Origin: a virus
IMG/VR virus record: IMGVR_UViG_3300042691_050360
Coordinates: 1-64,000 of that record
Length of the DNA stretch: 64,000 nt
Strand: one strand, 5' to 3'
Shown here: piece by piece, positions 46,651-55,743 of the stretch
How the letters are laid out: the number at the start of each line of letters is the position of its first letter
Position numbering within the stretch: position 1 is the stretch's first letter
Program-made: the position numbers and the translations under genes
Notes under the pieces: model-generated
Databases searched by the model: none
The model's input: only the letters and a program-made list of their open reading frames with translations
What the model was told of the DNA's origin: nothing

Positions 46651-47483
46651 AAGGGGAGGCTTTTTTCATCCTAGAGAAATTATACGATCTCACGGAAGGA
46701 AAAAAGATTGAAATTAATCCCGAGAAAATCAATTCTTTCTCGTTGCTTGGCAGTCCTGATTACTATGTTTTCTTTGATCCAGATAAGGATACATTAGAAA
46801 AACACAATCTTGATAATTTCATAATATGCTTCATGGATAAGAACGTAGATCAGAGGCTTGATTACATTAAAAAAATCAAAAAAAATGCTACACTGTTAAG
46901 TTTTGATCCAATTCCTACTACAGACCCTGAGTCTTTAAAAAAGGTTTTTCCGAAGTTCAAGGTGGATTTATACTCCTTGCCGTTCAAGAAAACAGGATTG
47001 AAGTACAAGGGTAGTAAGCAAAATTATGAATGGTTCGATTTGTGTTTAATTTCTGATATCTATACCCTAGGAGATGTTAGCATATTCGGGAAGATTTTTG
47101 ATTCTTATTTCGACATTTGGCTTTTCTCCGATTTACTTTGGAGCGGGAATGTCAAGTGCATGGAGCAAATCAAAAACATCAATGATAAAAACTTCGAAGA
47201 TTACTTCAATAGAATCCGCGAAACTTCTAAAGACTATATCGAGGTATATCAAACTGGGGCGAAAAATCTTTACTCTCACAAACAACTATATGCCGAGTCT
47301 TTAATTAATAGCGATTTTCGATTTGCTAAGATCAAAGAGAAACTAAATCTTCTCAAGCCCGAAGGGGTTCTAGATTGTATTGGTTCATTTGATGTATGTT
47401 TAAAAAATGTTAGAGAGGGATCAAACCCGAAAGTAGAATTAATAAAGTTATTTTATAAATTCAAAAACAATGCTGTCAAATGA
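46632..47483 (+). CDS. hypothetical protein, possible HolA/delta-like subunit
   Basis: N-terminal YILEGE and position beside dnaN/dnaX. Confidence 0.4.
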   Translation: MSNYILEGEAFFILEKLYDLTEGKKIEINPEKINSFSLLGSPDYYVFFDPDKDTLEKHNLDNFIICFMDKNVDQRLDYIKKIKKNATLLSFDPIPTTDPESLKKVFPKFKVDLYSLPFKKTGLKYKGSKQNYEWFDLCLISDIYTLGDVSIFGKIFDSYFDIWLFSDLLWSGNVKCMEQIKNINDKNFEDYFNRIRETSKDYIEVYQTGAKNLYSHKQLYAESLINSDFRFAKIKEKLNLLKPEGVLDCIGSFDVCLKNVREGSNPKVELIKLFYKFKNNAVK

Positions 47484-48024
47484 TTATATCCACATAGACC
47501 ATTTAGTTGAAAGAGTCAAACAAGGCGAATATGATGCTTTACATGAACTTTGTGACTTTTATAAGCCATTTATAGCGTCTTCAGCGAGCAGGGTTTGCAA
47601 TAAATACAAGACCGTGGAGAAAGATGATTTAATCTCTGAAAGCGTATTCATATTGAAAGAACTATGTAAAATATACGACAAAGACAAAAGTTTTTTCTCT
47701 TATTTTCTTGAAACAAGAATGCAATCTTACATGATAGCTAAGGTCAAGTCAAAGTATTGTGAAAATGTGACGATTATACCCCTTAGCGAACATGATTCCT
47801 ATGAGCCTTGCGAGAATTGCACCTTCTTTGAAGACCACACCGAGCTAAGAGATGAAATTGATAATTTGCCCGATAAAATGCAACAGATTATAGAAATGGT
47901 GTACTTTAAACAACTCACACAAGATGAATGTGCAGTGATTTTAAATATCTCACAGGCGGCAGTAAGCAAGAGATTAAAGAAGGCTATTGAAAATCTAAGA
48001 GAAAAATTAGAGAATCGGTTATAA
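47470..48024 (+). CDS. sigma-70 family sigma factor (regions 2 and 4)
   Basis: DDLISE..YD..F..F; LP......YF..LTQDECA..L.ISQAAVSK. Confidence 0.88.
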   Translation: MLSNDYIHIDHLVERVKQGEYDALHELCDFYKPFIASSASRVCNKYKTVEKDDLISESVFILKELCKIYDKDKSFFSYFLETRMQSYMIAKVKSKYCENVTIIPLSEHDSYEPCENCTFFEDHTELRDEIDNLPDKMQQIIEMVYFKQLTQDECAVILNISQAAVSKRLKKAIENLREKLENRL

Positions 48025-48088
48025 AAAGTCTAATTCGTAATTACTATTATGTAGTGCTTCTAATTTTTAGTGGCTGCAAAGAGGGCTC

Positions 48089-48808
48089 ATGCAAAAAACA
48101 GACAATGAAATTTTTTACAATTGGACAAACTCCAACAACTCAAACGATCAACTCCAATTAAGAACAATTAAATCTCGAATAGCACCGATGCTTGCGAAAC
48201 AGGTTTTTGCTCATTCAGAAATTGAGGAAATTTTAGTAGCCGAGGGATACAAGCAAAACCTAATCAAAGAAGCTCTAAAAATGGCAGATAAAGAAAACGA
48301 GGTGGAAGAGCCTGTTAAAACAGCCGAAGAAGCCATCATCCCGAAGAGATATTCTGATCTTTCTCACAGATTTGAGAAACTTTTGGAAACTAAGGGTCCA
48401 ACTAAATTTGTTAATACTCTAACTAAGGGCGAAAACCCGCTCATGAAGCTATCCAGAAAGGAATTGGAAACTTTCCAAAAAATAGCAGACACGGCTTACA
48501 CCAACACAGTTCATCATGCAACCCTTCACGCATTTATGAAGCCGTCGATTATTTCTGAGCTTGCAGAAAATGTATGTCGAGCCCGAAAAATCAGCAAAAA
48601 TTGCCGAGTTGCAAAGGTTGCCGAAAATGTTTACCAAATTAGCCACAATGATAAGAAAATCGAAGTTTCTCTTGGGCCAGTTAAATCATCTAGCACGAAA
48701 TTTGCAAGCTCAAGCTATGGCGAGCTTGGATTCCCTGACGAATATGTTATCTTGGCGTACGAAGAATCGTCACCATACTCTCAGATCAAAAAAGATCTTG
48801 GCCTTTAA
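48089..48808 (+). CDS. hypothetical protein with repeated KxA motifs
   Basis: KMA, KTA, KIA, KVA, KFA motifs; upstream of packaging genes. Confidence 0.7.
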   Translation: MQKTDNEIFYNWTNSNNSNDQLQLRTIKSRIAPMLAKQVFAHSEIEEILVAEGYKQNLIKEALKMADKENEVEEPVKTAEEAIIPKRYSDLSHRFEKLLETKGPTKFVNTLTKGENPLMKLSRKELETFQKIADTAYTNTVHHATLHAFMKPSIISELAENVCRARKISKNCRVAKVAENVYQISHNDKKIEVSLGPVKSSSTKFASSSYGELGFPDEYVILAYEESSPYSQIKKDLGL

Positions 48809-48823
48809 GGGCTGATTTAAGGT

Positions 48824-48856
48824 TTATACAGCCCGTTGCTACAACAGGCTGTATAA
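48824..48856. promoter_or_regulatory. hairpin overlapping the TATAAT box of the putative terS gene
   Basis: TTATACAGCC-C-GTTG-CTA-CAAC-A-GGCTGTATAA; TATAAT 48852-48857, ATG 6 nt later. Confidence 0.6.
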
Positions 48857-48863
48857 TTCAAAT

Positions 48864-49547
48864 ATGACATCATCAAACGAGCCTGTAATTGACAATATCA
48901 TCTTAGATGATTCAAGTCTATTAAAGATAGAAGATGGCGATGATATTATGCTTTTCAGCAGTCTCAAGGCAGACGCCAGGCCTATTATCCCATATAACCT
49001 AAATGTATCTGGCATAGAATACCCTCAATTGTATTCTGGTAAATGTGCGATTTGTAACTCCCCGCACAGAACATTGCTTGAACATGTCTATATTGATTGT
49101 GGAAAAAAGATCAACACCACAATCAAGTTTTTTGAAAGGCACTTTCGGGCAAAATTGAACTGGACTCAGGTCAACCAGCATATTAAGTTTCACTGCGATT
49201 TAAATAAAATTGAAACTCCTGGATTGCTTCACTATGAAGATAGAGAGCATGAAGTTTCAAGATGGAAATACAGAGAATATGAACTTGCGGAAACAATGAT
49301 TCTTATGGAGATTAATGATGTCAGAGGAATCAATGCAAGATCTCCCGACGACATCCTTAAAAGAGCATCAATGATCGAAAAACTCACTGGCAAACTGCTA
49401 TTGATTAAAGAAAAGAGAGATGATAATTCAATGGGGCTACCTAATGTTTTTGAAGTTCTGCATGACCTTCACAACCAGATGATCAACGAAGAGGATCAAA
49501 GAATTATTCGAGAAAAGGTTAAATTCCTAAAGCAATCTATTAGTTAA
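48864..49547 (+). CDS. putative terminase small subunit
   Basis: CxxC...H...H plus helical body, directly upstream of TerL. Confidence 0.55.
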   Translation: MTSSNEPVIDNIILDDSSLLKIEDGDDIMLFSSLKADARPIIPYNLNVSGIEYPQLYSGKCAICNSPHRTLLEHVYIDCGKKINTTIKFFERHFRAKLNWTQVNQHIKFHCDLNKIETPGLLHYEDREHEVSRWKYREYELAETMILMEINDVRGINARSPDDILKRASMIEKLTGKLLLIKEKRDDNSMGLPNVFEVLHDLHNQMINEEDQRIIREKVKFLKQSIS

Positions 49548-49557
49548 CGGCAGATAA

Positions 49558-51663
49558 ATGGACAAGAAAAAGCAACAAAAGCAAGCAATGGAGCAGCGGG
49601 AGAAAATGATCCGCGATGCTGCAAAGCTAGAGCAAATTTTTGCTCAATTTGAAGGAGATGAAGATTTCGAATCTCAATACACTTCGCGTTACGAAGTTCC
49701 AGCCCCCGAACCTAAAGACACATCTAAATACAATCCGAATAAGCTAGTTGACATTGAGACATTCATCACGCATCCGTTCTTTTTAAATCTAAGGCCTTAT
49801 CCCTGGCAGATTTTAGCACTTAAATTATTTTACGCTGGTGCTGAAGGTAATACCATTCTTGAATTCAATGAAGCTAAGAAAGAAGAAGTTACTGGGTGTG
49901 GAGATTGTGTTTGGAAATATGTTGTTGATAATGAAATTGACTGTGCAAAAAAAATCGAAGAAGAAGATAGTTACCAACCAGTTTTGAAGCCATTCAATTC
50001 GAGATGTCTTCAGTGTCTTCGGTGCCCAGTTCAGACTCGCAAAACTAGACTAGAGCATGAAATTAAAATTGCGGCTGATAAAGAGTCTGAAAAATTAATG
50101 ACAGATATTTTAGAAAATGAATTGGAAGATTTATTCCAATCTGAAATAGATTTAATTGATGAGATTCCAGATGAAGCCGTGAAGATGCAAATCAAAAATA
50201 AAATTAGAAGTAAATTTCAAGAACTTGTTCTAATTATCGGCCGACGAGGCTCCAAATCGTTTATGACTGTTGCTATTGCTCTTTATGAACTGTATCGACT
50301 TTTGTCAATGAAGCATCCACAGAAAAAACTAGGATTGCCAGATTTTCAAGAAATCGTAATTCTTAATGTTGCTAAAAACGAAGATCAGGCAAAAGATTCT
50401 ATTTTTACGCCGATGAAAAATAGTGCCGTTGCATCTCCCTTCTTTCAAAAATATATAGGTGTAGATAATGTTCTGGAAATGAAGTTTCTTACAGAAAGGG
50501 ATATTGAGGAAAACGACAGGAGAAAAGCAAGAGGACTTGCTGAGCTAGATGGAACCATTATTTTAAAATGCGGATCTTCATCTGCTTCTGGCTTGGTTGG
50601 AAAAACATGTTGGTGCATCATTCTCGACGAGCTTGCTGCAATGGCAGGAGACAACCCCAACTCGGGGATGGATAAAAAACTATACGATGAGCTAAAGCCG
50701 TCCATCGCAACCTTCGGTAAAGAAGGAAAAATAATTTGTCTTTCTAACCCTAAGGGACCTTTCGGTCAACTATTTACATTATATAACACGAGGCTTGAAG
50801 ACTCAATGACGCTAGTGTTAAAAATTCCAACGTGGCAGATTAATGCAAATATTGATAAGCTCTGGCTTGCGGCACAAAAGAAGAATGACCCCGTAGAGTA
50901 TAATATGCAATTCGGGGCTGAATTTGGAAATAACTCGCAAAATCCTTACTTATCGCCAGAGGATGTTGATTATGCATTTGTTAATTCTAACCAAATAACA
51001 AGATTAGAAAAAAGGGATACGGCTGGCGAATACTATTGCCATGTAGATCCGGCTAACAGATCGGATTACTATTGTATCGCTGTGGCTGAGGCGATCCCAA
51101 CAGGAATAACAGATGTGAACGGAAAGATGATTAAATCTTTCAATATTGTTCATTTACATTTTTGGGCACCTCAGAAGATGAAACAGCCCGTGCCTGTCAG
51201 AGAGGTTGAAGAATATTTAATAAATCTGCACTCAAACTTTAGGTTTAAGCAAATAAGCTTTGATCAATGGGGCTCCATGGAGACGATAAATAAATTACAG
51301 CAAATGGGGCTACCAGTTGTTCTTCGAGTATTCAACAAAGAATATAAAGACAAGATTTATCTCAATCTTTTAGAGGTTTTCAGAGATAAGAGAATCCGTT
51401 TCTATAAAATGTCAGCGGGCAGAGTAAAAGACTCAAGGGAGCAATGGATGGAAATTAATGAGATACCAGAAGCTAAAGACCAATTTACATTTTTGCAGAA
51501 AAAATGGAAAAATGGAAGGCAGGTTATCGAGGCACTTTCTGGATACAAAGATGATATCCCAGATGCCGTGGCTGCGGCGATTCACGAAGCAAATTCTGAC
51601 TCTGTTTTAATGCGAACCTTGCCAAGGGCTAGGGTTGCCTATACCGGTGGTCGGATTAGGTAA
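49558..51663 (+). CDS. terminase large subunit
   Basis: YPWQ, GRRGSKS Walker A, ILDELA Walker B, SNP, nuclease HVDPA/FDQW/DDIPDA. Confidence 0.9.
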   Translation: MDKKKQQKQAMEQREKMIRDAAKLEQIFAQFEGDEDFESQYTSRYEVPAPEPKDTSKYNPNKLVDIETFITHPFFLNLRPYPWQILALKLFYAGAEGNTILEFNEAKKEEVTGCGDCVWKYVVDNEIDCAKKIEEEDSYQPVLKPFNSRCLQCLRCPVQTRKTRLEHEIKIAADKESEKLMTDILENELEDLFQSEIDLIDEIPDEAVKMQIKNKIRSKFQELVLIIGRRGSKSFMTVAIALYELYRLLSMKHPQKKLGLPDFQEIVILNVAKNEDQAKDSIFTPMKNSAVASPFFQKYIGVDNVLEMKFLTERDIEENDRRKARGLAELDGTIILKCGSSSASGLVGKTCWCIILDELAAMAGDNPNSGMDKKLYDELKPSIATFGKEGKIICLSNPKGPFGQLFTLYNTRLEDSMTLVLKIPTWQINANIDKLWLAAQKKNDPVEYNMQFGAEFGNNSQNPYLSPEDVDYAFVNSNQITRLEKRDTAGEYYCHVDPANRSDYYCIAVAEAIPTGITDVNGKMIKSFNIVHLHFWAPQKMKQPVPVREVEEYLINLHSNFRFKQISFDQWGSMETINKLQQMGLPVVLRVFNKEYKDKIYLNLLEVFRDKRIRFYKMSAGRVKDSREQWMEINEIPEAKDQFTFLQKKWKNGRQVIEALSGYKDDIPDAVAAAIHEANSDSVLMRTLPRARVAYTGGRIR

Positions 51664-51690
51664 AATCTAAGTTAATTTAGAAATTTAAAA

Positions 51691-52722
51691 GTGATGAGTA
51701 TACGGCTTGGTCAATTTGGGGGCGTGGGGGGTCAATATGCTCCAAATGCTCCAGGCGGATCTCCGAATTTCCAAGGCGGGTCTAGCGGACACGCTGGATA
51801 CGGAATAAATAATTTCTCGGGTGACATCTCATTAGATGACCTGATGGGTTTTTATCGTAAGCCGGACATACTTTCATTTGAAAGACCCATTGAAAGCTTG
51901 CTTGAAACCTTCCACGACAATCTTGAGAAAGATGCTGTGCCTTATCTTTTAGATTTTGATGAACGTGTTAAATTGAATCTAAAGAAGAAAATCCGAAACA
52001 AAGAGCAACATTTGAAAGATTTAGCCACAGAAAAGTCTACAGAGCCAACACCAATTAATAAAAAAATCAAGACTGTGGAGGAGTTGCTTCAGAAGTTTAG
52101 AAGGAACGATGGTATTGATTTTAACAAGATGGCCGCTAAAACATCAAGCTATTTTCGCCCGAAAACTGCACCACCTTTACTAGATCAATTCCTGCCAACA
52201 GTAGAAGAATATGAAGATGAAGGCAATCCTCTTAATCTAACAGGAAACAAGCTAAAGCAACCGTTTCTGGGGCCTTATGATCCCATGTATGAGCCAGAAG
52301 ATGGCATAGATAAATATGTTCAGCAAAAGCAAAGCCCAGAAAGAATTGATATGCATGCTTATTTCACGGGCTTGATGGATGCTGAACAGCCCGGTACCAC
52401 CCCTTCTTATAACGATCCAAAGCCAAAATATGACTTACCTTCCCCGATAACTCCGGAATCAAAAAAGAACAATAGAAGCTTAGAAGGTAAGCTTGAAGCT
52501 TTAAAAAACAACACAAACAATCTTGGTGGTCAAGGAACTAATATGGAATACACCCTTGATTGGGACAGGATGCTTAAAGGACAGTATCCAGAGCGAGGAG
52601 TTACCAATGAAGGGCCGTATGAAAACTCTGGATTAAATGATTATTCTCAAAATGATATGCTTAGCGTTTCTGACTCACCTATGTACAGCAGAAATCCTTA
52701 TTTCGGGGTGAGTATACTTTGA
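51691..52722 (+). CDS. hypothetical head-cluster protein
   Basis: Gly-rich N-terminus; AGGT 33 nt upstream. Confidence 0.75.
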   Translation: MMSIRLGQFGGVGGQYAPNAPGGSPNFQGGSSGHAGYGINNFSGDISLDDLMGFYRKPDILSFERPIESLLETFHDNLEKDAVPYLLDFDERVKLNLKKKIRNKEQHLKDLATEKSTEPTPINKKIKTVEELLQKFRRNDGIDFNKMAAKTSSYFRPKTAPPLLDQFLPTVEEYEDEGNPLNLTGNKLKQPFLGPYDPMYEPEDGIDKYVQQKQSPERIDMHAYFTGLMDAEQPGTTPSYNDPKPKYDLPSPITPESKKNNRSLEGKLEALKNNTNNLGGQGTNMEYTLDWDRMLKGQYPERGVTNEGPYENSGLNDYSQNDMLSVSDSPMYSRNPYFGVSIL

Positions 52723-53159
52723 AAAATGTACTAAAGTCTATAGATTTACTTGAGCAAAATGGCTATTATAGACTGGCTGATTTATTTCAGAATCAGCTAA
52801 TTAAGACTGCCGCGTGGCCTTACAATCTTTCTGCTATAGATGAGCTTCCTCTTTCAGCTAGATTTTATACCTGGGACAGGAATGAACAAGATTTTAATGA
52901 ATTTGACAGAAAGTTTTACAAAGAGCTTTATTACAGGCTTCCGGATTACAGGAACCTTAAAACTGATTCGGATGAAAAATTAAATCTTGAGGGAGAGATG
53001 CATGGCGAGGATGCGGTTCCGGGGCCAGCTTATGTTGATCCTACACCAATGGCCAGCTCACCTTCTATGAACGGTGGGCTGGACTACTTCACCTGGGATC
53101 AGGCTCATGATATTAATAATGGCCCAGAGTATTGGAAAAATCTCAAGCCCAGAGGGTAA
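52719..53159 (+). CDS. hypothetical head-cluster protein with LE..G...LAD and KTA motifs
   Basis: SIDLLEQNGYYRLADLFQNQLIKTAA. Confidence 0.75.
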   Translation: MKNVLKSIDLLEQNGYYRLADLFQNQLIKTAAWPYNLSAIDELPLSARFYTWDRNEQDFNEFDRKFYKELYYRLPDYRNLKTDSDEKLNLEGEMHGEDAVPGPAYVDPTPMASSPSMNGGLDYFTWDQAHDINNGPEYWKNLKPRG

Positions 53160-53186
53160 AAACAAAATTAAAGAGAAAATTAATTT

Positions 53187-53636
53187 ATGCCACAGCCAAT
53201 CGTACCCATTCATAAACAAGAAAGTATGTCTATCACATTCGGCGATTCCATGCAGCCTGAGTTTCAATTGTCTGAATTGCAAGCAATTTTGTTACAACCT
53301 ACTGCATCGGCTAAAAGCAATGCCCGATATTCTGGTAATACAATTACAGCTTTGCAAGAAATTGATAAAAATACAGATTTTGTAGTTACTGCAGTAACCG
53401 ATTCAAATGAGAGATACTGCTCGGTTCCTTCTGAGATTGATGAGAACACAATGCTCACTTTGAAGGCGGAAGGTCTGATCAGCGGATATGGACGAAGCGT
53501 TAAAATTACTGATCGTGGCAGAACTGCTTTGAGAGATGCTTATCTTTCTACTAAAAACAGCTTGAAAGAAAATAGAACTTCTGATAAATTTGATTTCAGA
53601 TCTTTTTCAAGAATTGCTAAAAAAACCGGAGAATAA
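53187..53636 (+). CDS. winged-helix-like protein
   Basis: LKAEGLI......ITDRGR wing motif; AGGG 34 nt upstream. Confidence 0.6.
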   Translation: MPQPIVPIHKQESMSITFGDSMQPEFQLSELQAILLQPTASAKSNARYSGNTITALQEIDKNTDFVVTAVTDSNERYCSVPSEIDENTMLTLKAEGLISGYGRSVKITDRGRTALRDAYLSTKNSLKENRTSDKFDFRSFSRIAKKTGE

Positions 53637-55364
53637 ATGTTTGAAAATCAAAATACTCTAGAATTACTGGCTAAGTATGCTTATAATACTTCTGTTAGCA
53701 AAAAGCCGTCAGATATTATCGTAGCAATGATGAAGCTTGCACAAAATGATAAGATTTATGATGAGATTTTTAATTTACCAGAGATGAGAATCAAATCAAT
53801 TCTTTCAGAACCCGGAAAATACGAATATAAAAAAGACGATATACGAAAAGTGCTACAGGATTCTTTGGGTGCAATAAGTAGCTACGTCATGTCTAAAGCA
53901 AAAAATGACGAAATAGCCTCAGCGGTGGCTGAATTAATGCCGGTGGCATTTGTTGATAAAAGTGTTGAAAGGCTTGAAGAATTCAACGGGGTGGCGGCAA
54001 AAGATTTTTCCTTAAAAGCATTATCAAATGGAGCGTTAAATGCAGCTAGTCAGCTTGTTCAGCAAAGACTATTGAAGCAAAAACAAGTGGAAAAGGACAA
54101 ACCCAAACCACTTTCCCTAGATGTGGAGCTTAAAGGTGGTAAAGGAGATGGAAAGCAGACTTTTCAGGACTTTATTAAGGATGAATCTTCAGCAGGAGCA
54201 TTTGAGGGCATTTATCAACAGGGATCTGAAGGAGGTCTTGATGATAAAGCAGCATCGCTCGATTCAATCATCAAGAAGATACTCGATGACCCCGAACAGG
54301 ATATTCTAAGCCTGTATGTTGAAAACAAGATTATTCCTCAGTTTAATAATCTGAAAAAAAGATTATCGACTAATAATCCACAGGAAAGGGCATCTGCTGA
54401 AGCCGATCTTGATCTTTTTTATGAGAATTTCTTCAAGTATGTCTCTGATAATATCGGACAACAAAAAAGAATCTACGATCAGGGTGGAGGAAGAAGAGAA
54501 TACAGTCTTCAGCAAGTTCAGGAATATGTCAATGATCAGCTTAAAGAACTTGATCTCGATAATGTTTTAGAGTACGTCTTTAAGCAAAACTTCTATAATT
54601 TGCCAAAGTGGGCCAAAAAAGCTGAACCAAGTCTTGTAAAGCAAGTTCTAAAATCTATAATTAAATCATCTTTAATTTTTAGTGCCAAGAGTGCAATGGA
54701 TGTTAGTCTTCCATCTGCAGAAACAAGGGGTCAGGGCGGCAGTGCACAGCTATCTCAGATTGAGTTAGTTCACCACATTTTGAAAAAAGAAATCAGAAAA
54801 ATTGCCCAAGATGAGGGAGAGCAACAAAAACTAATTAGCGAAGCTCTTAAGCTCTTAGGGTCAAAAATTGACAAAGAAACTGGCAAAGTTGTGCATAAAA
54901 CAAAAGATGCTCTTTCTTATTCACTTTTCCAACATGCAACTCCGGCATTGATGTCTGCTTTAATGCAAAAGTCTATGGAAGTATACGGCGAGCGATTCGC
55001 AGATCTTTCCCCAGATGAGCAAGAAGCGTTAATCAATGAAGTTCAGTCTAAAGTTTATACTAAAGCTAGAATGCCTTACACACAAGATGTAGGTGGATAC
55101 GAGTTAAAGACCACTCCCTATCATGCACTTGAAAACGCTGAAAGTATATCACGGGAAAATATCCGAGAGAGACTTCAGCAGGCTATGGACATTAAGGGAG
55201 GCAGAGCTCTACCAGGTGGATTCATGAAGAAGCGGGTTGAAATAGAGCGACTTGCACCACCGGAAGATTACGATTTCAATAGCGATCTTGACGATCTTGA
55301 TGATGATTTTGGCAAAGAGAGTGCTCTGTCTTATATGATTAAAAAATATGCTATTAAACATTAG
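53637..55364 (+). CDS. hypothetical protein with sigma region-3-like segment
   Basis: PLSLDVEL....TFQDFIKD; KYA/KLAQ motifs. Confidence 0.65.
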   Translation: MFENQNTLELLAKYAYNTSVSKKPSDIIVAMMKLAQNDKIYDEIFNLPEMRIKSILSEPGKYEYKKDDIRKVLQDSLGAISSYVMSKAKNDEIASAVAELMPVAFVDKSVERLEEFNGVAAKDFSLKALSNGALNAASQLVQQRLLKQKQVEKDKPKPLSLDVELKGGKGDGKQTFQDFIKDESSAGAFEGIYQQGSEGGLDDKAASLDSIIKKILDDPEQDILSLYVENKIIPQFNNLKKRLSTNNPQERASAEADLDLFYENFFKYVSDNIGQQKRIYDQGGGRREYSLQQVQEYVNDQLKELDLDNVLEYVFKQNFYNLPKWAKKAEPSLVKQVLKSIIKSSLIFSAKSAMDVSLPSAETRGQGGSAQLSQIELVHHILKKEIRKIAQDEGEQQKLISEALKLLGSKIDKETGKVVHKTKDALSYSLFQHATPALMSALMQKSMEVYGERFADLSPDEQEALINEVQSKVYTKARMPYTQDVGGYELKTTPYHALENAESISRENIRERLQQAMDIKGGRALPGGFMKKRVEIERLAPPEDYDFNSDLDDLDDDFGKESALSYMIKKYAIKH

Positions 55365-55713
55365 ATTCATAGCTAAGTCATCTGAAGATCTTTCCAAGGG
55401 CTTGATGTTTTCCAAGCCCCTGGAAAATGATGAATGTGCACTTTTCATATTCAAATATCTTGATGATCATAGTTTTTGGAATAAAAATGTTGATTTTCCC
55501 ATATCATTACTTTTCATGGACGAAAACTTTGAAATTAAAAACATAGGCAAGCTTGATGCTCATCAAGAAAAACCTTGCAGGGCTGAATACCCCATGACAA
55601 AATATGTTTTGGAAGGTCATTCTGATCTACCAAAAGAATATGATATTAAGGTGGGAGACTTCTGTCTTCCAGAAAATCATAAAATAAAATTGATAAGAGG
55701 TAAAAGTAAATAA
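55348..55713 (+). CDS. DUF192 family protein
   Basis: GLMF, LFIF, FWNKN..FP, YVLE, VGD. Confidence 0.85.
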   Translation: MLLNIRFIAKSSEDLSKGLMFSKPLENDECALFIFKYLDDHSFWNKNVDFPISLLFMDENFEIKNIGKLDAHQEKPCRAEYPMTKYVLEGHSDLPKEYDIKVGDFCLPENHKIKLIRGKSK

Positions 55714-55743
55714 TCTTAGAAAATAGATTTATTGGAGTAAAAA

